From a virus: a stretch of 61,754 nucleotides of DNA. The notes beneath the pieces were generated by a model that saw nothing but the letters and a program-made list of their open reading frames with translations, did no database searches and was not told the DNA's origin. Positions within the stretch are counted from its first letter, which is position 1; the number at the start of each line of letters is the position of its first letter. Positions 25,905 through 35,049 of this stretch are shown in pieces. Made by a program: the position numbers and the translations under genes. The DNA lies in IMG/VR virus record IMGVR_UViG_3300017613_001703; one strand, 5' to 3'.

Positions 25905-26144
25905 TTATTCGGGGTAATGCGGGATCATTCTTTCTGTTTCACATTTTTCAAGGGCATCCATCAGCTTTTGATTCAGCGCATGTTCGGCCAGGTATAAATC
26001 CCCGCACCGCTTTTGAGCCTCGTAGGAGTCCTGCAGATCGTTAGTCACCCGGCTGATGTCTACCAGGAGAACCCCGACAGCTACCAACCCGGCGACCATG
26101 ACCACCGAAACCATAACCAGCACGGCGTTTTTAAGGTATTTCAT
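25905..26144 (-). CDS. N-terminally anchored membrane protein (79 aa)
   Basis: MKYLKNAVLVMVSVVMVAGLVAVGVLLV TM segment. Confidence 0.6.
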   Translation of the reverse strand: MKYLKNAVLVMVSVVMVAGLVAVGVLLVDISRVTNDLQDSYEAQKRCGDLYLAEHALNQKLMDALEKCETERMIPHYPE

Positions 26145-26206
26145 TTTCCCCTCTCTGCCAGCGCGAAATAAAAAACAATAGCGATGGCTAATAGTTGGAT
26201 TTCCAC
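26141..26206 (-). CDS. possible 21-aa hydrophobic peptide (GTG start)
   Basis: GGAGG, then TTTAA, then GTG. (M)EIQLLAIAIVFYFALAERGK. ATGA overlap with the next gene. Confidence 0.25.
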   Translation of the reverse strand: MEIQLLAIAIVFYFALAERGK

Positions 26207-26449
26207 TTAAACCTCCAAAACTTTTATCGTCTGTACGGTTTTAACCAGCTTGAAAGTCATACGCGGGTTTTTTTTACGGACATAAGCAAGCACTTTTTTT
26301 GCGTGGTGGATGCTTGATGAGTCCAGTGTTTTGGTGATACCGGCTTCAACTCTTTGAGCCATAGTCCCGTATTTCCTCATGTAAAATGATAAAGAGTGCT
26401 GCGTTGTATATCCGCGAGCACCTTTTTGAATGATTGCATATTTTGTCAT
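26207..26449 (-). CDS. basic hypothetical protein (80 aa)
   Basis: GGGAGGTTTGAG then ATG. Confidence 0.6.
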   Translation of the reverse strand: MTKYAIIQKGARGYTTQHSLSFYMRKYGTMAQRVEAGITKTLDSSSIHHAKKVLAYVRKKNPRMTFKLVKTVQTIKVLEV

Positions 26450-26464
26450 CTCAAACCTCCCGAT

Positions 26465-26683
26465 TCAGGAACTTAATTTCTGCTTCTTGCCGGCCGGCGC
26501 CTCGGGCAGTCTCCGGTACGCCTCAAGGACGTTCTCGATGGTCTGCACGTCGTAAACGTGCCGGTTCAGGACATACTCAAGATAGCTGTTGAGCGACCTG
26601 TGCTCTTGCTTTGCTCGGACTTTCAATTGTTTGACCAGGATCGGGTCCAGGCGGATTGTGGTTCTGAGTTTATCCATTTTCAT
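26465..26683 (-). CDS. ribbon-helix-helix (Arc/MetJ/CopG-type) DNA-binding protein (72 aa)
   Basis: TTIRLDPILVKQLKVRAKQEHRSLNSYLEYVL is a beta-strand, helix, helix pattern. GGAGGAGG RBS. Confidence 0.7.
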   Translation of the reverse strand: MKMDKLRTTIRLDPILVKQLKVRAKQEHRSLNSYLEYVLNRHVYDVQTIENVLEAYRRLPEAPAGKKQKLSS

Positions 26684-26753
26684 CCTCCTCCGTTTAGGTT
26701 TAACCGCTTATCATGGCCCCCGACCAGACAGGCCCGGGGGCTCAGGGAAGGGG

Positions 26754-27092
26754 TTAACGGGTCCCGGGCCATCCCGTTGCAGATATCCAAATTTCGTCCA
26801 TTTCCTTTCTGTGCCGACCTTGCAACCCGCCTTCTTCGATCCACGCCTTGACCTTTTCACGGCTACCCCAACAAGCATTGGGGCAGTTGTTGAAAAGCAC
26901 CGCCACATAATCGACCAGCTTGTTGATGTTTACCGAGTCAGCATGGGCAACCGCCTTTGACAGATCGTTCTCAAGAACCGCTGTCAGGAAGTCTCCCGGC
27001 TTGTAGCCGTGGTTAACGTACATTTCCAGGCCGTCTTGCATGTGACCTGGGATTGATCTGTCCTTGCCGTTGTAATTGACTGTGAATTTCAA
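26754..27092 (-). CDS. hypothetical protein (112 aa from TTG 27092; the ORF extends to 27122)
   Basis: AAGGAGGAAAAC then TTG. Confidence 0.55.
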   Translation of the reverse strand: MKFTVNYNGKDRSIPGHMQDGLEMYVNHGYKPGDFLTAVLENDLSKAVAHADSVNINKLVDYVAVLFNNCPNACWGSREKVKAWIEEGGLQGRHRKEMDEIWISATGWPGTR

Positions 27093-27112
27093 GTTTTCCT
27101 CCTTGTTGGTGG

Positions 27113-27286
27113 TTAATCCCAATCAGGTGTAAAATTTAGCCAACTAACCAAGTGATAGATATTTTTGGTTTTCAACTTGCCACACAGAAGGCATTCCCGC
27201 GCTTCCCACACTACGACTTCTGGAACCCGGTGACCTTTCCAGGGAGTCCAAGCGTGGAACCCCAAAAAACAAAATAGTTTGTTCAT
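27113..27286 (-). CDS. small Cys-containing protein (57 aa, below the ORF-track cut-off)
   Basis: CAGGGAGAAATTTT then ATG. MNKLFCFLGFHAW...CLLCG. Confidence 0.45.
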   Translation of the reverse strand: MNKLFCFLGFHAWTPWKGHRVPEVVVWEARECLLCGKLKTKNIYHLVSWLNFTPDWD

Positions 27287-27638
27287 AAAATTTCTCCCTG
27301 TTGTGGTTGGGATTGGTGCGGTTTCCTGCCTCCGGTAAGCCGCAAGGCCCGTTGTCAGCTACGATCCGGTTCCGATACTGGCGACTCCAACAAAGTTGAA
27401 GCGACCGGCCTGCGATACTGTGTCCGTGTTCCCCTCTTTTGCCATGCTTCGGTATCGATTCCTATCGACGGGTACTTAATTTCCCCGAGTGTTTTCCCTA
27501 ACACATGCGCTCAAGGGTGATCGCGTCCTTATCGATTCTTACCATTGCGTTCGTTTCCCTGTTCCCCGCACCAAATTTTAAAAGATCGGTTGATAACTCA
27601 ACTCTGCCAACGACCGGGCCGCTGGCAGGCCTGGGGTA

Positions 27639-27815
27639 TCAAGTGGTACTTACTTTCGGTCTTTTCGTTTTACATCTTGGGCATTCGGAAGTGCCTAAAT
27701 ATTGTTTGCGCCCACAATTCTCACATTCCCACAGCTTCCCATATCCCGCAGCCTTAATACGAGCTACGGTTGATTTATGGGTTTTGGTGTAGTCCCTGTT
27801 TGATCCGAGTGCCAT
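27639..27815 (-). CDS. zinc-ribbon protein (58 aa, below the ORF-track cut-off)
   Basis: CCAAGGAGGGATAAC then ATG. CENCG ... CPRC. Confidence 0.55.
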   Translation of the reverse strand: MALGSNRDYTKTHKSTVARIKAAGYGKLWECENCGRKQYLGTSECPRCKTKRPKVSTT

Positions 27816-27839
27816 GTTATCCCTCCTTGGTTGGTGTTT

Positions 27840-28019
27840 TTATTTTCCATCAACGGATGAAACCCAGTTAATGGCATCAAACAGCGTTAGATGATATTTT
27901 TCTGGAGTGCGGCTGCCCACTGTTTTCCAAAGCCCATTTCGTAACGCTATCTTCACTTTGGTCGGTTTTCCACTGAACCAAGAGGTCTTACTTGTTTTAG
28001 TGCGACGATATTCTCTCAT
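27840..28019 (-). CDS. basic hypothetical protein (59 aa from ATG 28019)
   Basis: AAGGGGAAACACC then ATG. Confidence 0.5.
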   Translation of the reverse strand: MREYRRTKTSKTSWFSGKPTKVKIALRNGLWKTVGSRTPEKYHLTLFDAINWVSSVDGK

Positions 28020-28058
28020 GGTGTTTCCCCTTCGTTTGGGTTGATAACTCAACGTTGC

Positions 28059-28370
28059 TCAACAGATCTCGTTACATCTGCTGATTGCGATTTGGGTCCA
28101 ACTCAAATTTTTTGGGTACAGCCCGTTGAGGCCATTATTGACCTCAACTGCGTCGTACGTCTCAGAAACGTGTACAGCCTCGTAATAAGGCCGAAACATT
28201 TCCAAAGCCTCTTTTTCAGAGGCGTTGAATACGAACTCCGCACAAAAGTGCGGAAGGTGGAAAGGGTTATGACTTCCATAGTCACCACTTTCTTCCCCTC
28301 TTTCACAGTCTGGGCATTGGTGCTGGCACTCTACAATTATGAGAGAGCGTTTGATCTCTTTGTAATTCAT
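28059..28370 (-). CDS. Cys-rich hypothetical protein (103 aa from ATG 28370)
   Basis: AGGAGGAGG, then ATGAAC, then ATG. CQHQCPDC. Confidence 0.6.
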   Translation of the reverse strand: MNYKEIKRSLIIVECQHQCPDCERGEESGDYGSHNPFHLPHFCAEFVFNASEKEALEMFRPYYEAVHVSETYDAVEVNNGLNGLYPKNLSWTQIAISRCNEIC

Positions 28371-28414
28371 GTTCATCCTCCTCCTGTTTGGGTTGTTTGT
28401 TATCTCTTGACACC

Positions 28415-28443
28415 AAACTAACATCACAAAGACATCATGTCAA
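28415..28443 (-). promoter_or_regulatory. candidate leftward promoter
   Basis: On the - strand: CTTGACATGATG box (-35 TTGACA), 17-nt spacer, TAGTTT. Confidence 0.4.
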
Positions 28444-28462
28444 GTAAAAAGTGAAAATAATG

Positions 28463-28491
28463 TTGAAAAAATATAAAAAATGTAATAAGAG
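28463..28491 (+). promoter_or_regulatory. candidate rightward (packaging/late) promoter
   Basis: TTGAAA, 17-nt spacer, TAAGAG. The AAATGTAATAAGAGGATA box is similar to 20044..20060. Confidence 0.35.
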
Positions 28492-28586
28492 GATATATTA
28501 GATTAGACCATTATTTGACTTCGAAACGCGATAGTTAGAGGTAAACTTGTGTAATTAATGCGAACTACGACGATTGAACGGTTGTC

Positions 28587-28781
28587 ATGAGTTGGATTTC
28601 AAAACGATGGGAGGATAATGATATCGTTTTCCGTTGCGAAGATGGCCGGAAATTTCGGATGGGGCCGAAATTCACACACCCAGCAATGCCATGTGTTAGA
28701 ACGCGCATGGAGGAATCAATGGGAATCGAAGAATCTATCATGACTTTCTGCTGCCCTTTACCACCGGAGGGTGAAGAATGA
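28587..28781 (+). CDS. possible small protein (64 aa)
   Basis: ORF between the promoter region and TerS. No SD. Confidence 0.3.
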   Translation: MSWISKRWEDNDIVFRCEDGRKFRMGPKFTHPAMPCVRTRMEESMGIEESIMTFCCPLPPEGEE

Positions 28782-28791
28782 CACCATCTCA

Positions 28792-29199
28792 ATGACACTA
28801 ACGCCAAGGCAAGAGGCCTATAAAAACAACCTATTAGAAGGAATGAACCAACAGTCGGCGTATATCGCCGCAGGGTATTCGGCAAATCCGAACACCGCAA
28901 AGGTAAATGCTGCCAGGTTGCTAACCAATGCTAACTTCCGTGCAGAATACAACAAAGCCAAAGACAAAGCCGCCAAAAAAGCCGAGGTATGTAAGGCTGA
29001 TGTTTTAAAAAGACTCTGGTTGGAAGCCAGGGGGGGTGGTGACGATACAGCATCGAGCGCCAGAGTTTCAGCCCTGGACAAACTCGCAAAGCATTTCGGC
29101 ATCTACGAGGTAGACAACGCTCAGAAGGTCCCGAAGATAGAAACCATCAAGATTAACCTGGTCAGGCCTGACGGGACAACGCAGACGGTGGACGAATAA
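28792..29199 (+). CDS. terS: terminase small subunit (Terminase_2-like; 135 aa from ATG 28792, or from GTG 28771)
   Basis: LTPRQEAYKNNLLEGMNQQSAYIAAGYSANPNTAKVNAARLLTNANF matches the TerS HTH pattern. It abuts TerL. Confidence 0.8.
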   Translation: MTLTPRQEAYKNNLLEGMNQQSAYIAAGYSANPNTAKVNAARLLTNANFRAEYNKAKDKAAKKAEVCKADVLKRLWLEARGGGDDTASSARVSALDKLAKHFGIYEVDNAQKVPKIETIKINLVRPDGTTQTVDE

Positions 29200-30554
29200 T
29201 GGAACTGGCCGCGGACTTTCCCGAAAAGCTTGGGTTCTTATTCTTCCCTTCACCGTACAAAATTGCAAGGGGTGGACGATCGGGCGCGAAATCTTGGGGT
29301 TTTGCAAGAGCCCTGTTGATTCAAGGGGCGAGGACAAAGCTCAGGATGCTATGCGCCCGTGAAATACAGAAGTCCATTAAAGACTCAGTCCATAAACTTT
29401 TGAAAGATCAGATCGTCCTTCTTGGGTTAGAAGATTTCTATACGGTTCTTGAAACAGAGATCCGTGGGGCCAACGGGACCGAGTTCGCTTTTACCGGCCT
29501 GTCAGAACACACAACAACCACGATTAAATCGTTTGAGGGTGTTGACCGGTGTTGGGTCGAGGAAGGCCAGGCCGTTTCTAAACGATCATGGGACGTTCTA
29601 ATCCCGACCATCCGTAAAGAAGGTTCAGAAATTTGGGTGTCCCTGAACCCGGAATTAGAGACAGACGATACCTATCAACGCTTTGTTGTCAACCCGCCCG
29701 AGGGTTGCCGGGGTGTTGAAATCAACTATCGAGACAATCCCTGGCACAATGACCTGCAGGAAGCTAAACGCCTACACTGTAAGATAAACGATCCCGACCT
29801 GTACGACCATATATGGGAAGGAAAACCGCTGCCAGCCGTCGAGGGCGCAATCTACTATCGTCAGATCATGGAGATGGAGGCACAGAAACGGAACTGCAAC
29901 GTGCCTTACGATCCCATGCTGAAAGTTCACGCGATTCTTGACCTGGGCTGGAACGACTCGTTATCATGCGGTCTGGTACAAAAGGGCGTATCGGACGTTC
30001 GGATCATTGAATCGCTTGAGTGCCACCAGACACCGCTTGACATATTTTCATCCGAGTTAAAGACCAGGCCGTATAATTGGGGCAAGGTCTGGCTCCCGCA
30101 CGATGGTTTCTCCAAGAGCCTGAACAGCGGTGGCCGTTCGTCGTATGACATCCTGACCGCATTGGGTTGGAACTGCGCCACGGAGGAAGAAATCATTAAG
30201 ATGAGCATCGAGGAGGGGATCCGGGCGGTGCGCCTGATGTTTTCACGGTTGTACTTCGATAAGACCAAGGCGTACAACGTCCCGAAAGAGGATGTACCAA
30301 AACCGATCACACCCGGTTTTCATCCCACCGAGTACCATAACCGCCTGGGCGAATCGATCAAGCGGTATCGCCGGCACATCAACCAGAAGACACAAGCCGC
30401 GGGTCAGCCTGTCAAAGATGAAGTTGCCCACGGCGCCGACATGCTTAGATACATCGCTTGCAACATAGACGAGATGACCAATGAAGACGACAACCAGGCC
30501 TTTCGGCTTTCTGGATACAGCTACCAGCCGCTTGACCAAGGAGTAGGGATGTAA
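29199..30554 (+). CDS. terL: terminase large subunit, PBSX/Terminase_3 type (451 aa)
   Basis: ARGGRSGAKSWG (Walker A), RMLCAREIQKSIKDSV, DRCWVEEG (Walker B), IPTIRKEGSEIWVSLNP. Confidence 0.92.
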   Translation: MELAADFPEKLGFLFFPSPYKIARGGRSGAKSWGFARALLIQGARTKLRMLCAREIQKSIKDSVHKLLKDQIVLLGLEDFYTVLETEIRGANGTEFAFTGLSEHTTTTIKSFEGVDRCWVEEGQAVSKRSWDVLIPTIRKEGSEIWVSLNPELETDDTYQRFVVNPPEGCRGVEINYRDNPWHNDLQEAKRLHCKINDPDLYDHIWEGKPLPAVEGAIYYRQIMEMEAQKRNCNVPYDPMLKVHAILDLGWNDSLSCGLVQKGVSDVRIIESLECHQTPLDIFSSELKTRPYNWGKVWLPHDGFSKSLNSGGRSSYDILTALGWNCATEEEIIKMSIEEGIRAVRLMFSRLYFDKTKAYNVPKEDVPKPITPGFHPTEYHNRLGESIKRYRRHINQKTQAAGQPVKDEVAHGADMLRYIACNIDEMTNEDDNQAFRLSGYSYQPLDQGVGM

Positions 30555-32767
30555 TGGATCCAAAAGATACCGACAAACCAGAACAGGATGGTAAGGACCG
30601 CCGTGACCGACTGAACAACCTGGCCGACACTCTTGTAAGTAAGAGGGACAAGGCCGTTTTGTATCGTGCCAGCACTGGCGTTGAGAGACGGTGGCGTGAA
30701 GACCAGGAAATGCTTGACGTACTAACTTCTAAATCAGGGACCAGTATGATTGATTACGCGACCGGCGAGGCGCCCATGAAAAGCCATGGACCTGTCCGAT
30801 CAATGGCGGAAATCAATGTGTTGCGGGGTAAGTGCAATGTCGGCAGCGGCCGGTTTGAGGAAATCCTGTTTCCAGTGGACGACAAGAACTACGCTCTTGA
30901 GGTAACACCGGTACCGACTTTGGTGAAAGGCATGAAGGATGAGCGCCCGGTTGTTAACACCGAGACAGGGCAGCCCATGGTCGAGGACGGAGAGCCCGTC
31001 ACCGCGGCGAAAGTGGCTGCCGCTAAGATGGCCAAGGCCAATGAGGCCATGGAAGGCATGGAAGCCGAGATTGACGACCAACTGACCGAATCCGATTACA
31101 ACGGGGAGTGCCGGAAAGTTATCCGCCAATCGCCACGTTTAGGCACAGGCGTTCTAAAAGGTCCGGGCATCGTCATGGAGACGCGCAGGGCGTGGGTGAA
31201 ACAGACCGATGAGGCCGGCGAGGCCTACGTTATGAAAACGGTTGAAGAAGCCAAACCCAAAAGTAAGTGGGTGGACTGCCGGAATTGTTACCCTGATCCA
31301 CGATGCGGATCGGATGTCAAGAAATCATCGTATATGTGGGAATACGACGAGATTTTACCGCGCGACCTCCGGGCCCTGATTGGTGTTGAGGGGTATTTTG
31401 ATGATGTGATTATGGAAATCCTCAAGGAAGAACCCCAGCGCATCCGGGTCGGCTATACCCGCAAGGAACAGCGGATCGAAAAGGATTACCTGGACAGGGG
31501 CAATGCTTTTGAGTATTGGGAATACAACGGCGAAGTGGACACCGAGGATCTGCTTTCGCTTGGGTGCGAGTGCGAAGATGCCGGAAATAAGACGCTATCG
31601 GCGTGTGTGATTTTAGTGAACGATAGACCGATCAAGGTGGCATTGAATATCCTCGACACCATGGACATCCCATACGACTTTTTCCAGTGGGAAGAAGTTG
31701 ATGGGAGCCCGTTCGGGATAGGCCTGGTTCGTATGGGTATGTGGATGGCAAGGGTTATCAAGGCGGCATTCAGGACCATGATGGACAACGGCCGCGACTC
31801 TGCCGGCGTGAACGTGGTCATTGGCCAGGGCATTGTGCCCGATGACAGAAATTGGGAAATCACAGGCAAGAAGATATGGAGGGCTAACAAGGATATTACA
31901 GACATCCGAAAGGCCGTGTATCAGTTTCAGATAGCCAACAACCAGGCTGAACTCCAGGCGATCATTGAATTGGCGATCCGGTTCCTTGACCTTGAAACCG
32001 AACTGCCGATGATGTGGCAGGGTGAAAAGGCCGAGATGCCCGAAACCCTGGGCGCCACGAACATCATACTCGATTCCAGCAATATCGGTGTGCGAACCCG
32101 GGTGAAGCGGTGGGACGATCAAGTCACCAAACCGCACATGACCCGGTATTACAACTGGAACATGATGTATAATGAAAAGACCGAGATCAAGGGCGATTAT
32201 AATGTTGTGCCGCGGGGAGCCTCCGCATTGTTGGAAAAGGATCAACAGACCAAAGCCCTAATGCAGATCGTTGGATTAAGGGGTGACGGCAGGTTCGATA
32301 AGGATGTGGATTGGAGCAAGGCTGTTAAAATGCTTTGCGAATACTTGAAGCTGGACATTTTGAAGACGGACGACCAGAAGAAGGCCGACGAGAAGGCAGC
32401 GCAGGAGAACCCGCCGCAGGATCCGAAGATACAGGTGGCTCAGATTAGGTCGCAGGGTGAGTTGGAGAAAGCTAAACTCAACCAGTCTTCTGATATGTCC
32501 GAACTGAAGATCAAAAAACAAATGGCTGACGATAAGATCCGGCATGAAGCGGCCCTGGCGGAACTGGACTGCGAGATACAGGTGATGGAGTTTGCTGAGA
32601 ACCGCGGGATTACATTGGAAAAGGCTAAGGTCGAGCTAACCAAGGAAGCATCGAAGCAAAACCTTCAGCGGGAATTATCCGTTGTGAAGGCATCCGGGCC
32701 ACAAGTGGCCACGCCATCGGTCGAACCTGCCGGTCGCGCACCAGAGGGGCAGGCTTACCAGAAATGA
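30554..32767 (+). CDS. portal protein (737 aa)
   Basis: ATG overlaps the TerL stop. Size and position match. Charged coiled-coil C-terminal tail. Confidence 0.75.
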   Translation: MDPKDTDKPEQDGKDRRDRLNNLADTLVSKRDKAVLYRASTGVERRWREDQEMLDVLTSKSGTSMIDYATGEAPMKSHGPVRSMAEINVLRGKCNVGSGRFEEILFPVDDKNYALEVTPVPTLVKGMKDERPVVNTETGQPMVEDGEPVTAAKVAAAKMAKANEAMEGMEAEIDDQLTESDYNGECRKVIRQSPRLGTGVLKGPGIVMETRRAWVKQTDEAGEAYVMKTVEEAKPKSKWVDCRNCYPDPRCGSDVKKSSYMWEYDEILPRDLRALIGVEGYFDDVIMEILKEEPQRIRVGYTRKEQRIEKDYLDRGNAFEYWEYNGEVDTEDLLSLGCECEDAGNKTLSACVILVNDRPIKVALNILDTMDIPYDFFQWEEVDGSPFGIGLVRMGMWMARVIKAAFRTMMDNGRDSAGVNVVIGQGIVPDDRNWEITGKKIWRANKDITDIRKAVYQFQIANNQAELQAIIELAIRFLDLETELPMMWQGEKAEMPETLGATNIILDSSNIGVRTRVKRWDDQVTKPHMTRYYNWNMMYNEKTEIKGDYNVVPRGASALLEKDQQTKALMQIVGLRGDGRFDKDVDWSKAVKMLCEYLKLDILKTDDQKKADEKAAQENPPQDPKIQVAQIRSQGELEKAKLNQSSDMSELKIKKQMADDKIRHEAALAELDCEIQVMEFAENRGITLEKAKVELTKEASKQNLQRELSVVKASGPQVATPSVEPAGRAPEGQAYQK

Positions 32768-32865
32768 TAACTATATCGTCTTGTGGCGATGTAAATCAGT
32801 CTCCCCATGGGAGGCAAGACCTATATTCCGAATGAGCGATATCATTTTAACCAAGGGAAGGAGAT

Positions 32866-33006
32866 ATGAACATGCAATGGGTACTAAAGGAAGATTTTGA
32901 CAAGGCAATGGCAAAGATGCAGGCCCAGATCGACAAACTGGCCATGCAGAAGACCTGGCTGCAGAAGGAAGCGAAGCCGAAGAAGAAGGTAACGGCCAAG
33001 AAATAA
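32866..33006 (+). CDS. small Lys-rich coiled-coil protein (46 aa)
   Basis: GGGAAGGAGAT then ATG. Confidence 0.45.
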   Translation: MNMQWVLKEDFDKAMAKMQAQIDKLAMQKTWLQKEAKPKKKVTAKK

Positions 33007-33029
33007 CATTTTAATCCAGGGGGATTGCT

Positions 33030-33290
33030 ATGGATCAAGAAGAAGCGGCGATGTCCATTCAAGTAGGAATAGGCGCGGCAATGTTTACGATGGCCAAGGT
33101 CTGTGACCAAAAGGATATTGATTCGTTATTTGAAGTAGAGATCGACGCGATCAAAGAAAAAACACAGATACATCCTGCCAAAGTTGACGCCTTCTTGGAG
33201 GAAATGAAAGAAAACCTGATGGTTATGCACAAGGGGTTCAACAAATTAAAGGCATCCAGGGGGATTGATGATAACAAGAACAAGGCATAG
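33030..33290 (+). CDS. hypothetical protein (86 aa)
   Basis: Preceded by the CCAGGGGGATT box. Confidence 0.6.
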   Translation: MDQEEAAMSIQVGIGAAMFTMAKVCDQKDIDSLFEVEIDAIKEKTQIHPAKVDAFLEEMKENLMVMHKGFNKLKASRGIDDNKNKA

Positions 33291-33570
33291 AAGGCGGAAA
33301 CGTGCAGGGTGGCAAGGGCGAAGCGACGAAACAGAAGTGCTGAGAACCCGGCAACAGATTTGGGATGACATTGAAACAGAGAGTTGTGAGCAGTTTTTTA
33401 AGTCCGTTGAGGGGCCGTTGCATTTGAAACTGGCAAGATCTACCCTCCCGACCGTTTATTGTGCCCGGGGGATACGGATACAACTTGGAGACAAACAGAC
33501 GAAGAAGGCCGCGGTTTTTGGGGTTTATGGAGACAACATTCATTTTCATACTTTTAAGTACACCGACTAA
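33265..33570 (+). CDS. hypothetical basic protein (101 aa)
   Basis: Preceded by the CCAGGGGGATT box. Overlaps the previous gene by 26 nt. Confidence 0.5.
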   Translation: MMITRTRHRRRKRAGWQGRSDETEVLRTRQQIWDDIETESCEQFFKSVEGPLHLKLARSTLPTVYCARGIRIQLGDKQTKKAAVFGVYGDNIHFHTFKYTD

Positions 33571-33589
33571 AACCCAGGGGGATTAAGCC

Positions 33590-33868
33590 ATGACAGACCA
33601 CAGAATAATGAATGTTCGACTGAACGCCCATGTTTTAGGCCGGCTGGTAAAAAACACCGGTACCGCGTACCAGGTGATCAAAGGGGTGCCCGGGGATGCC
33701 AATCTGGTGGGCGCGGTGTACGTCGAAGAAAAGCATGATTTTATACTTGGCTATGAGCATGACAGTTTCGACCCTGTTCCCGAGGGGGAGAAAATTCCAG
33801 AGGTTGAAACTGAATTCCGGGCACTTCAGCCCGTGGCCGTGGAAAGTGACGCCGATGTGGTTCACTAA
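33590..33868 (+). CDS. hypothetical protein (92 aa)
   Basis: Preceded by the CCAGGGGGATT box. Confidence 0.6.
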   Translation: MTDHRIMNVRLNAHVLGRLVKNTGTAYQVIKGVPGDANLVGAVYVEEKHDFILGYEHDSFDPVPEGEKIPEVETEFRALQPVAVESDADVVH

Positions 33869-34187
33869 GAAAAAGGACCGGGAACGGCTTGCCGAGAAGG
33901 AGAAGCCGTTTGCTGAGAAGGAGAAGCCGTCTATTTTCGGCCGTGGTATTCCCACGGTTCCGCGGCTGAACGTCCACGATGGCGCCTGGATCTACATGGT
34001 TCAGTATTGTGACCGGAAACTCAAGGAACTGCGCGAGATGAACGATAGTTTGGATCTTGACGCAACCCAAACCGCTGTTATCCGGGGCCGGATCCGGGCG
34101 TTGAAGGATGTGCTTGAAATTCCGAACGAGGACAGGCCGGTCAAACCCTTGGGGATAGTTGAGCGAGTCGTGGAGGATCCTTACTGA
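33855..34187 (+). CDS. hypothetical protein (110 aa from ATG 33855)
   Basis: In-frame ATG overlapping the end of the previous gene. Confidence 0.55.
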   Translation: MWFTKKKDRERLAEKEKPFAEKEKPSIFGRGIPTVPRLNVHDGAWIYMVQYCDRKLKELREMNDSLDLDATQTAVIRGRIRALKDVLEIPNEDRPVKPLGIVERVVEDPY

Positions 34188-34381
34188 TGCAAACCCGACC
34201 GGTCAGAATTGATATGCAGATGAGCGAGAGCCGTGGTCTGACGGAGCAGCAGGCCAGGTGCATCCTCAACGATTTAAAGAAGGTCTTGATTTGTCACGGG
34301 ATATGGCATACGATATGGGAAACGAACGAGCCCGACCTGAAACGGGTTGATTTTAAGGGCTGTATTGTGGTGGGAAAATGA
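34187..34381 (+). CDS. hypothetical protein (64 aa)
   Basis: ATGA-type coupling on both sides. Confidence 0.55.
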   Translation: MQTRPVRIDMQMSESRGLTEQQARCILNDLKKVLICHGIWHTIWETNEPDLKRVDFKGCIVVGK

Positions 34382-34731
34382 ATCGCAGGACGTTTTTAAA
34401 ACTTTCCGGTAGCGCCTTCGCAATGAGCTTGGTTCCGTTTCAGTTATTCGCCAAGAGTGTAACCGAGATTAGTATGGAGGACTTGCTCATTATCAAGGTC
34501 CATGATGAATCACCGATGATATTCATCAATATAAATGGCCGCCATGCGACTATTCCCACAAACACAAAAGCTATTGCCAAACGCAAGTATGTGGAGGCGC
34601 TGGCCAAAGCCAAGGTCCACCGGTACAGGGAGACACCCTCCGGCATGAAGGAAAGTATTGAGAACCAATATCCCTTTACAGTAATTAAAGACCCAAATAC
34701 AGAGGGTGCTAAATGGCTGGCTCAGTTATAA
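34378..34731 (+). CDS. protein with a twin-arginine (Tat) type signal (117 aa); its C-terminal domain is paralogous to 39385..39828
   Basis: MNRRTFLKLSGSAFAMSLVPFQLFA-KS. C-terminal KRKYVEALAKAK...YPFTVIKDPNTEGAKWL. Confidence 0.65.
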   Translation: MNRRTFLKLSGSAFAMSLVPFQLFAKSVTEISMEDLLIIKVHDESPMIFININGRHATIPTNTKAIAKRKYVEALAKAKVHRYRETPSGMKESIENQYPFTVIKDPNTEGAKWLAQL

Positions 34732-35024
34732 ACCGCAGGATGTTTTTAAAGGTTGTTGGTGGGCTTGCAGCATCGCTTGCGATACCGTTCACCCTGGCTG
34801 AGAAAAAGAAAGCCCTTCTTCCTATGGAATGGGGCAGCCTTGAGTCTACTCGTTTCATTACGAGCGAAGACATCCAGGCTGCACAAGACGCCATTTATAG
34901 AGCCAAGCCAATTATTCCGGCGTATTGGGTTCATCCAAAGGCATACGAGGATCCCAACATTCAGATCAACAGCCTTGTCAGGGTAGCCAAACGTCCGAAC
35001 CTTTTTCACAAGAGGCGGGTATGA
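34713..35024 (+). CDS. protein with a twin-arginine (Tat) type signal (103 aa)
   Basis: MAGSVINRRMFLKVVGGLAASLAIPFTLA-EK. Confidence 0.6.
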   Translation: MAGSVINRRMFLKVVGGLAASLAIPFTLAEKKKALLPMEWGSLESTRFITSEDIQAAQDAIYRAKPIIPAYWVHPKAYEDPNIQINSLVRVAKRPNLFHKRRV

Positions 35025-35049
35025 CCGACATCGAATCCAGGGTGGGGAA

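Noticed and set aside
26207-26683. Toxin-antitoxin pair (RHH protein followed by an 80-aa basic protein)
   Set aside because: The downstream protein shows no RelE, ParE, MazF or PIN-like motif that I can recognise. An RHH protein at this position is equally consistent with a phage transcriptional regulator.
33014-33592. Three copies of CCAGGGGGATT (about 33015, 33255 and 33574) as a regulatory repeat
   Set aside because: Each copy sits 3-7 nt upstream of a start codon (33030, 33265, 33590). They are most simply strong GGGGGA Shine-Dalgarno contexts. The same applies to the duplicated GGGAGGAATAAAATGAAACCA at 22986 and 23188.
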